Source: an uncultured Gammaproteobacteria bacterium
GTDB lineage: Bacteria; Pseudomonadota; Gammaproteobacteria; Pseudomonadales; Halieaceae
Assembly (NCBI GenBank): GCA_963712135.1
Contig: CAVQGV010000026.1
Span: forward strand, 388,671 to 452,670
Length of the DNA: 64,000 nucleotides
Reading direction: 5' to 3'
The notes under the pieces: generated by a model
Database searches by the model: none
Told to the model about the DNA's origin: nothing
What the model saw: the letters and a program-made list of their open reading frames with translations, nothing else
Program-made: the position numbers and the translations under genes
Shown here: in pieces, positions 11,625 through 21,288 of the stretch
Layout of the letters: every line of letters starts with the position of its first letter
Numbering within the stretch: position 1 is the stretch's first letter

Positions 11625-11880
11625 AGATCAATGGCGATTGAGGGAGGGGATCTGGAAACGCAATGCAAGCATTGAGCAACCGTGTATGAAGCCCTCCGCT
11701 CCATCGTTGCGCATCACCAGGCAGGTGTCGGGCTCACAGTCGTCGACTGTATACCGTTGCGGGGGCAGCGGTGGATTGGGCAATTGCCGTTCCACACTTC
11801 CCATTTAACCCACCCAGTGAACAACTAAAATGTGCACGGTGGGCACCTGGTTACGGGGTGGACTCTAGAGATACGGAGTG
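11625..11880 (-). ncRNA. cobalamin (B12) riboswitch in the btuB leader
   Basis: Minus-strand read shows TTAAATGGGAAGTGTGGAACGGCAATTGCCCAATCCACCGCTGCCCCCGCAACGGTATACAG, matching the conserved AxGGGAA...GTG..AA...GCTG.C.CGCAACGGTA core of the E. coli btuB leader; positioned directly 5' of btuB. Confidence 0.6.
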
Positions 11881-11923
11881 ATCTTGTCAACCGAGGAGGG
11901 CCCCGCTCGCTGCCAGGTGATTC

Positions 11924-12526
11924 TTGCGGCTTTTGCAAAAAGTGTATTTGCGCGCCTGCGCTGCTGCCAAAATTGTCGGCGATTTCGTAGAATGCTCTCA
12001 TCAGAACAAACAGCGGTACCAGCGTTTGAGTCTAGCTCCCCATGTTGTTGATCAGGTTGCGGTCCTGCTCGGCAGGCCGCCGCGTGGATTGGAAGAGATC
12101 GCTGTCATGGGCCCCGCCGGTGAGCCGGTGGTCATCCGTGTTGCTTCCCTGGTGGATGACAGACCTTTCCCGACCTTGTTCTGGCTGATTGATCCCGGGC
12201 TGTGTTACCGCATCGATCAGCTTGAGGCCGCTGGCTTGATCCGGCAGCTGCAGCAGCGCATCGATGCAGATCCTGATTTACAGCGTCGCATGCGCAACGA
12301 TCATCTGGCGCATATCGCGTTGCGTGATCGCTGTATGCCTTCGCTGGTTCGCCTACGACTTCAGGAATTGGGCTTTGCAGAGGCACTGGTCAACAAGGGT
12401 ATCGGAGGTATTGCGGATTTTACCCGTATTCGCTGCCTCCACACCTGGTATGGCGCCCATCTTGTGGTACCCAATACCGTGGGAGGCCTGCTGGACGACT
12501 GGTGGTGTCAGCACAGCGGCGGATAG
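11924..12526 (+). CDS. DUF501-like conserved hypothetical protein
   Basis: 200 aa ORF; PFPTLFWLIDP segment resembles the DUF501 family; assignment from memory only. Confidence 0.4.
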   Translation: MRLLQKVYLRACAAAKIVGDFVECSHQNKQRYQRLSLAPHVVDQVAVLLGRPPRGLEEIAVMGPAGEPVVIRVASLVDDRPFPTLFWLIDPGLCYRIDQLEAAGLIRQLQQRIDADPDLQRRMRNDHLAHIALRDRCMPSLVRLRLQELGFAEALVNKGIGGIADFTRIRCLHTWYGAHLVVPNTVGGLLDDWWCQHSGG

Positions 12527-12610
12527 CGCTGGCTGGCGTATCATTGTGGTATATTACACGCCCCCTGATTCAGGACTTTTCCTCCTGAAAGAAACAAATT
12601 GGAATAGAGC

Positions 12611-13666
12611 ATGACAGCGAGAACCGATGATCTTCGCATCCAGCAGATCAATGAACTGATTTCCCCGGAACAGTTGATCAAGGATATCAGTGTCAGTGAG
12701 CAGGCGGCGGAAACGGTGGCCCGGGCCCGGCATACAATCCATCGTATTCTTGAAGGTGACGATGATCGTTTGCTGGTAATTGTCGGGCCCTGTTCGATAC
12801 ACGATCCGGCTGCTGCCCTGGACTATGCCGCCCTGCTGAAACAGGCTGCGCGGGAGTTGTCTGAAGAGCTGTTCGTAGTCATGCGCGTCTATTTTGAAAA
12901 ACCGCGCACTACGGTGGGCTGGAAGGGGTTGATCAATGACCCGGACCTTAACAACAGTTTCCAGATCAACAAGGGTTTACACCTCGCGCGGCAGTTGTTG
13001 TCAGATCTCGCTGACATGGGCCTGCCCTCGGGTACGGAGTATCTGGACCTGATCACGCCGCAGTACTGCGCCGATCTGGTGTCCTGGGGAGCCATTGGCG
13101 CGCGCACCACTGAGAGCCAGACGCATCGGGAATTGACCTCCGGCCTGTCCTGCCCCGTGGGTTTTAAAAACGCCACAGATGGCGATATACAGGTGGCCAT
13201 TGATGCCATAAAGTCAGCTTCCCAGCCGCATCATTTCCTGTCGGTGACTAAACAGGGGCGCTCCGCTATTTTCCAGACCACCGGTAACGAAGACTGCCAT
13301 ATCATCCTGCGCGGCGGTAAACACCCCAACTACGATATGTTTTCGGTGGAGGATGCGCAGGCGATGTTGGCGAAAGCGGGGCTGCCCGCGCGTATCATGA
13401 TCGATGCCAGTCATGCCAATAGTCGCAAAGTACCCGCCCGCCAGGTTGATGTAGCCACTGATGTCGCCACGCAGGTGGCCCGCGGTAGTCGCAGCATCTT
13501 TGGATTGATGCTCGAGAGCAATCTGGTGGAAGGGCGGCAGGACGTGGTGGCGGGCCAGCCACTGACCTATGGGCAGAGCATCACTGACCCCTGTATCAAC
13601 TGGGATGACACCCTGCCTCTGCTGCAGAAACTGGCCAGCGCGGTGCGACAGCGCCGCTCCCTGTAG
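12611..13666 (+). CDS. aroG: 3-deoxy-7-phosphoheptulonate (DAHP) synthase, class I alpha
   Basis: 351 aa; VIVGPCSIHD, KPRTTVGWKGL, GARTTESQ(T)HRE motifs. Confidence 0.9.
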   Translation: MTARTDDLRIQQINELISPEQLIKDISVSEQAAETVARARHTIHRILEGDDDRLLVIVGPCSIHDPAAALDYAALLKQAARELSEELFVVMRVYFEKPRTTVGWKGLINDPDLNNSFQINKGLHLARQLLSDLADMGLPSGTEYLDLITPQYCADLVSWGAIGARTTESQTHRELTSGLSCPVGFKNATDGDIQVAIDAIKSASQPHHFLSVTKQGRSAIFQTTGNEDCHIILRGGKHPNYDMFSVEDAQAMLAKAGLPARIMIDASHANSRKVPARQVDVATDVATQVARGSRSIFGLMLESNLVEGRQDVVAGQPLTYGQSITDPCINWDDTLPLLQKLASAVRQRRSL

Positions 13667-13699
13667 TACCGCCCACATCTTACTAGCGAGGTAGACACC

Positions 13700-14557
13700 A
13701 TGTATTTGGGATTCAGCTCCATGAACACGGCGGATGACCCCGCCCCGCACCTTCTGGCAAAGATTCTGGAGGAGGCCGGTTTTGAGTCTCTGTGGTACGG
13801 CGAGCACAGCCACATCCCGGTCGAGCGGCGCACGCCGTATCCGCCCGGGGGCGAGTTACCTGAGCCGTACAAAAAAATGATGGACCCTTACGTCTCACTG
13901 ATGGCGGCTGCAGCCGCTACCACGACCCTCAAACTGGGCACGGGCATTGCCCTGCTGATGGAGCGCGAACTGTTTTCCCAGGCCAAGACGATCGCCACAC
14001 TGGATAGGCTTTCCAACGGTCGTGTGGTGATCGGATGCGGTGTGGGCTGGAACCAGGAGGAATTCGAGAACGCAACCGATTTGCCGTTTAACCGCCGGTA
14101 TCTGGCGCTGAAGGAAACGGTGTTGGCCCAGCGTGCGTTACTTACGGATGCGGAGCCGCAGTTCCATGGTGAACTGATCGACTTCGATCCGGTGTGGTTC
14201 GAGCCCAAGGCGATGCGTCCCGGCGGTCCGCCGGTTACCCTTGGGGCGATGGGTCCCCTGGGTATCAAGCACGCTGCACAGTGGGCAGACGGTTGGATGC
14301 CGGTGGATGTAGCGATGGGGGATATCGAGCAGGAGATAAAGAATTTCCGCCAGATGGTGCGGGACAATGGCCGCGATCCGGATGCTGTGGAAATCACGCT
14401 GGTGGTAATGGCACCGGTGACCGCTGAGCTGCTGAAGTCCTACCGGGATATGGGTGTCGATCGCTGCAACATCGGCGTGGGCATGCAGAACTGGGACAAG
14501 CCGGAGATCGTGATGCCCATGATCGAGCAATTCTCCAGAATTATTCCAGAGCTCTAG
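13700..14557 (+). CDS. LLM-class (luciferase-like) flavin-dependent oxidoreductase
   Basis: 285 aa; bacterial luciferase-like TIM barrel signature; ESLWYGEH N-terminus. Confidence 0.75.
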   Translation: MYLGFSSMNTADDPAPHLLAKILEEAGFESLWYGEHSHIPVERRTPYPPGGELPEPYKKMMDPYVSLMAAAAATTTLKLGTGIALLMERELFSQAKTIATLDRLSNGRVVIGCGVGWNQEEFENATDLPFNRRYLALKETVLAQRALLTDAEPQFHGELIDFDPVWFEPKAMRPGGPPVTLGAMGPLGIKHAAQWADGWMPVDVAMGDIEQEIKNFRQMVRDNGRDPDAVEITLVVMAPVTAELLKSYRDMGVDRCNIGVGMQNWDKPEIVMPMIEQFSRIIPEL

Positions 14558-14584
14558 CGTTTGGGGAGCGGTTCAGCCAATTGC

Positions 14585-15646
14585 TCACTGCGCCTCCTGT
14601 GCCAGCCACATACCGATCAACTTGTACATGATGGACAGTATGACCGCCCCGACAAACAGCCCAATAAGGCCGGACATGATCATGCCGCCGATGGCGCCCA
14701 CCAGGATTACCGGCATGGGTATGTCCAGCCCGCGTCCCATCAATAATGGCTTCAGGACGTTGTCGCTGGCGCCCGCCAGTAACTGGTAGACAGTGAAAAT
14801 CACGGCCGTAGTCGTATCCGCGGTTGTCCATATGTAGACCGTGATAGGCGCTACGACCAGCAATGGAGGCAGCTGTGCGATGGCCAGCACCAGGATGATG
14901 CTGCTCCACAGCGGGGCTGCGGGTACACCTGCCACGAACAGCCCGATAGCGATCAGGGTCGTTTGTATCACCGCCACGCCCACGACACCCAGCAGGACGC
15001 TTCTTACCGTGGCCACGGCGAGAGGTGCCCACTCGCCGCCCGGATTGAGTCCGCCCACCCGCACGAAAAAACGTTTAGCCGCGGTGCCGCAACCGTCGGC
15101 AAACGTCATGAAGCCTCCGGCGATGACTATGGCGACGACAAAATTGAGGACACCCAGCAAACTGTTGCCGAGCCGCTTGAGTAAAAAGCCGCTCAACTCC
15201 TTGATCTGGTTCGCACGGGCCAGGAGAAATGTTTCCAGGTCACTGCTGGCGCTGCTCCAGGCACTGTAGAGTCTTTCGCCGATCACCGGCCATTCCTCGA
15301 CCTTAGCGGAGGGCGGAGGCACTCTCAAGTCGCCATGTTCCAGCGCCGCGGAAACGTGTTTGATACCGCCTACGGCCGCCTCAGTAACCGACAGGGCCGG
15401 TATCACCAGGATTAGCAGGAAACTGAGACTGACCAGCGCAGCGGCGAGGCCGCGCCGTCCACCGACCTTCGGCTCCAGCCACCGCACCAGCGGAAATGCC
15501 GCTATGGCAATGATGGCGCCCCACAGGATGGGTACGGTGAAGGGCCTGATAATCTGGTAGGACACAGACAGCAGCAAGGCCAGCAGAGCGATGCGCAGGG
15601 TCGATTCGATCATGTTTCGTACAAACAATGGATCGTAATCTGCCAT
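14585..15646 (-). CDS. AI-2E family transporter (PerM/YdiK, UPF0118)
   Basis: 8-TM profile and conserved C-terminal region; start placed at MADYDPLFVRN. Confidence 0.8.
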   Translation of the reverse strand: MADYDPLFVRNMIESTLRIALLALLLSVSYQIIRPFTVPILWGAIIAIAAFPLVRWLEPKVGGRRGLAAALVSLSFLLILVIPALSVTEAAVGGIKHVSAALEHGDLRVPPPSAKVEEWPVIGERLYSAWSSASSDLETFLLARANQIKELSGFLLKRLGNSLLGVLNFVVAIVIAGGFMTFADGCGTAAKRFFVRVGGLNPGGEWAPLAVATVRSVLLGVVGVAVIQTTLIAIGLFVAGVPAAPLWSSIILVLAIAQLPPLLVVAPITVYIWTTADTTTAVIFTVYQLLAGASDNVLKPLLMGRGLDIPMPVILVGAIGGMIMSGLIGLFVGAVILSIMYKLIGMWLAQEAQ

Positions 15647-16070
15647 GGGGTTTTTGTTGTCCACGATGTTCTCCCGTTCCATTCAAGTTTGCTTTGCAAC
15701 CCTGCTGTTAGTACCTGCCGGATTAGCGCCTGCCACAGCCATTTAAAGGTACCGTTAATGGCCTGCATGCAGGCCCGTAGTCCGGGTGACCGGCGGCGCC
15801 GGAGTGATATCGCCATAACCGCTCGATGTCATGGTGATTACGCTGCAATATAACGCTGTACCCAGATTATCATGCCACTTCCTGTAGTCGATACCACCGG
15901 TGAAAAGCAAAAGCCCGTGTGACCCCCGGGCTTGCATGCTAGACTTCCTGGACCTTTAACGAGCGGACGCTCGCAAGGGAATGCAGTCAGCCGTGGCAGC
16001 GGCTAAGATAAAAATAACTTATGCCTGGATCGCCAATTGCGTCACGGGCAGTGGTACAGGAAGTGAGAGT

Positions 16071-16622
16071 ATGGCGCTTGCACACGCAATCATGACCGCC
16101 CTGATCGATGCTGACCTCTCGGGCTTTGAATTGGCCCGCGATTTCGAGAAATCCCTGGGCTTTTTCTGGCATGCCTCCCATCAACAGATTTACCAGGAGC
16201 TGCATAAGCTCGCGGAGAAATCCTGGCTCAACAAGCGGGAAGTACACCAGAGTGGCAAGCCCAACAAGATTGTCTACGGTTTGACCAAGGCAGGCCGGGA
16301 CGCTCTGGCTGAGTGGGTGTACGGCGCGACCAAAACCCAGTCGGCCAAGGATGAACTGGTGATCAAGTTGTACAACCTTAGCGCTGACAATGCTGCGCAT
16401 CTGGCGGCTGAGATTACAGACCGCAGGGAGCAGATGATGCGCCTGCTGTACGTGTACGAAAAAATACGCCTGCGACACTATAACGATCCGCACTCCCTGC
16501 CAACTCGCAGCAAGGGAGCGTACCTGGCGCTGGTCCGCGGTCTTGGACATGGTCAGCAGTTCCTGGCCTGGTGCGACGAGGCGCTGGAGTTGATTGCCAG
16601 TGTTGATGATGCGGCTCACTGA
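16071..16622 (+). CDS. PadR-family transcriptional regulator with C-terminal dimerisation domain
   Basis: PadR wHTH motifs (GFELARDFEKSLGFFWHASHQQIYQELHKLAEKSWL); start at MALAHAIM. Confidence 0.75.
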   Translation: MALAHAIMTALIDADLSGFELARDFEKSLGFFWHASHQQIYQELHKLAEKSWLNKREVHQSGKPNKIVYGLTKAGRDALAEWVYGATKTQSAKDELVIKLYNLSADNAAHLAAEITDRREQMMRLLYVYEKIRLRHYNDPHSLPTRSKGAYLALVRGLGHGQQFLAWCDEALELIASVDDAAH

Positions 16623-16657
16623 GCGTATGAGCCGCTCCCGCGTTAGGGATATCCCCG

Positions 16658-17253
16658 TCAATCCCCGATCTGGGTAGCTGCCTCGCTTCCCCATAGCTGT
16701 TGCAGTCGCTGGTCGCGCCCGCAGTTCCAGCGATAGTACTTGTAGCGTACCGGATTCTTCAGGTAGTAATCCTGGTGGTAATTCTCCACTGGCCAGAACG
16801 CGCCCGCATCGAGAATCTCGGTGTACACAGTTCCTGACCGCTGAAGCGCGCCGCGACCGCCGTCTTTGATTGTTCGGCCATTTCTCGTTCCGCAGCACTA
16901 GCCGGAAAAATGGCGCTGCGGTAGCTGGAGCCCTTGTCACAGAACTGGCCTTTATCGTCGAAGGGGTCGATATTGCGCCAGAACAGGTCAAGCAGTTCCT
17001 GATAACTGACCACAGTGGGGTCGTAGGTGACTTCAACGGCCTCGAAATGACCCGCGTGGTTCCCCGAGTAGGTGGGGTTTTTCAGAGTGCCGCCGGTAAA
17101 GCCGGAGACCACGCCCGTGACTCCTTCCTGCTCTTCATACGCGGACTCCATACACCAGAAGCAACCCCCGGCGAATAGCGCGGTGGCAGAGCCCGCCATT
17201 GCCGGGGTAATGAAGGCGAGTAGGGTGATCAGGAGCAGGGGTATGTGTCGCAT
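16658..17253 (-). pseudogene. msrA: peptide methionine sulfoxide reductase MsrA with one frameshift near 16840
   Basis: GGCFWC active site in the 16759-17253 ORF; the true C-terminus TEILDAGAFWPVENYHQDYYLKNPVRYKYYRWNCGRDQRLQQLWG is found in another frame ending at 16658. Confidence 0.8.
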
Positions 17254-17493
17254 GGAACGGAGTTCTCAGTAAGTGCCTGTATTGATAGATAGTTATCCAA
17301 AAAATTAGTTCATCTATGGCTAAATAAGTCAACATAATGTTAAAAGTTGGTTTAAATCTCTTAATTTTTCGATAGCACCCATTTTTTTCGGTTATCTGGA
17401 GAAATCTCCAGTTTTTGGTCGCCTATTGGTTATGGGAGTGGCTATTCTGTATGCATCCTGAGATATAACTCGGGCAAATAGGGAACAGGGACA

Positions 17494-17800
17494 ATGAAAA
17501 AGTTAGCTTTTACTGCACTGCTACTGCTGGTACCGCAGCTCGCTGCGGCGCGGGTCTATATGTGCGTGGATCAGGCAACGGGCCAGACCAGCTTTACCGA
17601 TCAGGCCTGTGATACAGCCAGCTGTGCGTGAAGAAGTTCGAGTGCCGACCGCCAACCTGGACTCAGGTCAACATTATGCCGCGCCCGCAAAGCGCAAGAC
17701 ATGGCGCAGCCAGGCAGATATCAGGAAGACCGGTACAGATTACAATGCCGAACGACGTCAGCTGTATGAAAGTAATGCTACAGCCGCTGCCGCGCGATAG
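17494..17800 (+). pseudogene. DUF4124-like small secreted protein (signal peptide plus RVYMCVDQATGQTSFTDQAC), interrupted by a stop/frameshift near 17630
   Basis: Signal peptide MKKLAFTALLLLVPQLAAA followed by the DUF4124-type motif; continuation is found in another frame (17609-17800). Confidence 0.35.
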
Positions 17801-17876
17801 CAGGACAGCTAACCTGGGCCATGTAGAAGCGATTTATTAATTCGCACACGCCATCCTTTTCGATTCTCCTCAGCAT

Positions 17877-19211
17877 CTAGAGTGCTTTCTCCTGTTTGAC
17901 GGAAGGCGCAACATTCGGCTGTGGATGTGGTCGCGCAGGCGGGTTGTAAATGCCGAGGGAAACTGCAGTTGTGACGATTGAACGGGTTTCGTTCTTTGTC
18001 GCCCCGAGAGCCCAATACACCCCTCGATTGTAGCCAACTACCCGCTTTTCCAGCATCTGTTGCAGACTTGGTTGATACGTATTAAATGACGATCCCCAAT
18101 ATAAGGCGCACATAAGGAGAATAATCGAATAGGTGATCAGGTTTTGCCGGCGTGCTGGTAAATGATAAGCGAGTCCGGCAATTATTGTCATCAGTAGCAA
18201 TACCGAGGGCAGTGCGTAGCGAGAGGATAAAGCATATTCAACTTCCGTCAGTACAGCGCGACCGAATGTCACTGCAAGCAGTGAAAGGATAAGATACCAG
18301 GCGTAGAACTCCAGAGTGAGGTCTTCCTGGCTGAAGCGGCGAACAGAGGAGTAGCTGACGACACACAACATGACACCACCAGCGCTTGCGGCCAACAAGA
18401 CGCTGCTGCCGCTGACAGCGTTACCCATTAGAGTAAGAAAATAGGTTATCGGGTGCAGCGGCGCTGAGAGTAACGCCTGCAATATATTCGGTACTGTATA
18501 GCCCTCCTCAAATCCAATGTGCCAGACAATTAAGATAACCAAAGCGCTAAGGAGCCAACCAAATGCATAGATCAGCGATGTGCGGCGTAGAATGAGCGAC
18601 TGATGCAACAGACTGCCAAAACCAACCAGCCAAATTAACTGCCCGTTAGCGAGGGTAAAAGTGCCAAGCGAAGCAAAAATCAGCGCCGCCACGAAGCGCA
18701 CCAAGCGAACCTTTCGCAAGCAAATTAAACTGGCAAATCCATAAACGTAGACATACATATCGTCCATGGGTGCGGCCCAAAAACTCAGTTCATAGGTTCG
18801 AAGCCCAAACAAGATCAGCGCAGCAGAAAAAAGCACCAACCAGCGGTGGGTCTGATGGCGGACTGTGAGATAAAGCAACATCAGCAACAGAGGAAGCACT
18901 AGGTTCGCCAGGAATACGGTCGTGCGAAAGTTGACTTCCCCCGTTGCCAGAAGCACCAGGTAATAGAACAGGCGGTTTGACAGGGTGCGGTGATTAAAGT
19001 ATTGCGCGTAGAGCAGCCCGAAGGTTTCTTGCCAGTCGTTTGCATGCACTGTGAGATTCAGGACCTGCAGCATGTCCAAGATATCGTCGGCGTACGGTAT
19101 GTTCACCGCATGCTGGTAAACAAACAGCGCGTAATGCAGCACCACAGCCACAACACCAACGGAGGGCACCCATTGGGTGACAACCTTATCCAGTATTTTT
19201 CTAGACATCAC
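17877..19211 (-). CDS. polytopic inner-membrane protein of unknown function (at least 10 predicted TM; possibly Wzy_C/O-antigen-ligase-like or GT-C)
   Basis: 444 aa, very hydrophobic, lower-GC context; no catalytic motif recognised. Confidence 0.5.
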   Translation of the reverse strand: MMSRKILDKVVTQWVPSVGVVAVVLHYALFVYQHAVNIPYADDILDMLQVLNLTVHANDWQETFGLLYAQYFNHRTLSNRLFYYLVLLATGEVNFRTTVFLANLVLPLLLMLLYLTVRHQTHRWLVLFSAALILFGLRTYELSFWAAPMDDMYVYVYGFASLICLRKVRLVRFVAALIFASLGTFTLANGQLIWLVGFGSLLHQSLILRRTSLIYAFGWLLSALVILIVWHIGFEEGYTVPNILQALLSAPLHPITYFLTLMGNAVSGSSVLLAASAGGVMLCVVSYSSVRRFSQEDLTLEFYAWYLILSLLAVTFGRAVLTEVEYALSSRYALPSVLLLMTIIAGLAYHLPARRQNLITYSIILLMCALYWGSSFNTYQPSLQQMLEKRVVGYNRGVYWALGATKNETRSIVTTAVSLGIYNPPARPHPQPNVAPSVKQEKAL

Positions 19212-19528
19212 CAGAGCCTTAGTTAGGCATGGATGGAAAATCAGCCAGGAATTCTAGCAAGAAAGTGTTCTTATCCTTCGAGACGGCAGTAAATTTCACT
19301 TCGCAATCGCCGCTTGTAGAGGAGCACCATGGCCTGGATCTTTATTATTTTGATGCGATCGTTCCTATTCGGAGTGCGGCTTTCTTCGTCCATGATATCA
19401 GCTTTTGAGAATACCCCAGAATGCGTGGTGCAGACAATAATCCGGACAGGTCGTTCGCCAGTTCACCGTGATCCCGCAAAAGTAGTATGGTGCTTTTGGC
19501 AACGAATGCTGTCTTCAGGCGCACGATA

Positions 19529-20411
19529 TCAGGACGACAGAGTGGGCTGGTCTTGATCCCGCGCCAGGTAAATCGTCAGCAGGGCGCCGGCAATGACCAG
19601 TGCGCTTCCCAATAGCGACCAGCGATCAGGGACCTGATTCCAGAACAACCAACCCCACAGCCCGGCCAGCACTACCGAGAAATAATTGATGGGTGCGATA
19701 GCTGCCGTTGGCGCCATGCCATAGGCCCAGGTGTACAGCACCAGGACCAGATAAATGGCAATCCCTACATAACAAAGTGCAATCCAGTCCAGTGTGGCGA
19801 TACCACGGAAGTCATGGAGACTGAAGGGCGCCACGCAAGCCAGCGAAAGTGCGCAGTAATAAAATAAAATTCGCGCTGTCGGTTCGGTGCTGGCAAGTTT
19901 GCGCGTGCCGACCATGGATATGGCCAGCCCCAGGGCGGATAAAAATCCACCAAGGTGCCACCAGCTGAGCCCAAGTGGGCTAGGCCGGAGGATGATGGCA
20001 ATGCCGGCAAATCCGATGGTCAGCGGCAGCCAGGCACTCGTCGCGATCTGTCTCGCGACTCCAGATCCACATGACCAGTGGTACTGCCAGTGGTGCGCTT
20101 TGGCGCAGCATCATGGCATCCATCAGTGAAATGTGCTCGAGCGCCGCATAGAAAAGGTAGAAGCTCGCCACACCGGCCAGCCCGCGCATGAGGTGGAGTC
20201 CAAGGCGTTCGGTGCGCAGTGTCCGCACTCCGGAGCGCAGTATCCGGGGCAGGCACAACAGGGTGCATATGAAGTACTGAAAGGTGACGATAGCCTCAGT
20301 CGTGACATGAGCAGAGACGTATTTGGTGGCCGCCGCAGCGGTGCTGCCCAGCATGACCATCAGAACGGAGAGAAAGATAGCGCGGTGTACAGCATGCCGT
20401 TCAGCGGTCAT
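19529..20411 (-). pseudogene. EamA/DMT-family transporter in 3 frames
   Basis: N-terminal EamA half (19980-20411) and C-terminal half (19529-19915) in different frames, with the linking segment in a third. Confidence 0.6.
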
Positions 20412-20563
20412 TGATTTTGGCTCAAATATGTAGGGCAGCGCGACAGCATTTTATGTCGAGTCGCCATGATCGATGGCGCCGCGCAATGGGCTGCAGTGAC
20501 CGTGATCCAGTCCAGCGGTACGGATCACTGCAACAGTCTTGAAGGCCCCGATAGTATTCGCGA

Positions 20564-21205
20564 CTATTTTTCCGCTAACAGCCGCAGTTGAGCAATATCG
20601 GTAAACGTGGACGCTGCCACTTGTGGGTTGATCACGTCGGGTGACAGGTCGCCTCCTAAATCGGTGTGCATGATATAGGTAAGTTCAACCTGCTCAGCGC
20701 TGATCGTTTTTATCGTGTACTCGCCGCTGGATTCAGCACGTACATAATCCTTGGCAGGGTGCCTGGAAGAAGCAGGCGCCAGCTGCACAGTTGCTGTTCT
20801 GGATGCTGGGTCAATTTGGGCAGTCGAATGTATCACCATGTCACGATCCGATAATGGCCACGGCAAATCCAGTACCAGGTAGACATAGCGCTCTGTGTCC
20901 GAAACCGTGCTCAGGACCTCGGAGGATTTACACAGGGCGCGCCATGCACTGCAGCCGTCACCGTCACCGAAGGCGTCCGCTACTTTTGTCATTGGCGCGT
21001 TGATCAAAGTGATCGCCTTGACTTCAAGGAAAGGTGAACCGGACACGGGGCGCGTATAAAGCTGAATGTGTTCTTCGTCTTTTTCAAGTGTCCACTCTGC
21101 CTCGGTGGATACAGCCGTGGAAGATGCGGCCAACGACGCTGATAACAGCAGCAGGCGGGCGGCCCTGTCCAATTTTCCGAGCCTTTTGTTCGATACTCTC
21201 GACAT
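20564..21205 (-). CDS. secreted SRPBCC/START-like lipid-binding domain protein
   Basis: Signal peptide after MSRVSNKRLGK; fold assignment tentative. Confidence 0.45.
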   Translation of the reverse strand: MSRVSNKRLGKLDRAARLLLLSASLAASSTAVSTEAEWTLEKDEEHIQLYTRPVSGSPFLEVKAITLINAPMTKVADAFGDGDGCSAWRALCKSSEVLSTVSDTERYVYLVLDLPWPLSDRDMVIHSTAQIDPASRTATVQLAPASSRHPAKDYVRAESSGEYTIKTISAEQVELTYIMHTDLGGDLSPDVINPQVAASTFTDIAQLRLLAEK

Positions 21206-21288
21206 AGCGGGTCTCTCGTAGCATGCGTTGATCGTGTTGTTATCAATTGGCATCATTTCATCCTTGGCCTGGCTAACAGTTGGCCCCG

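Noticed and set aside
15987-17036. 349-aa minus-strand ORF spanning the padR and msrA region
   Set aside because: Antisense to a well-supported PadR gene and out of frame with msrA; no recognisable domains; its frame merely overlaps the true msrA C-terminal frame for a short stretch
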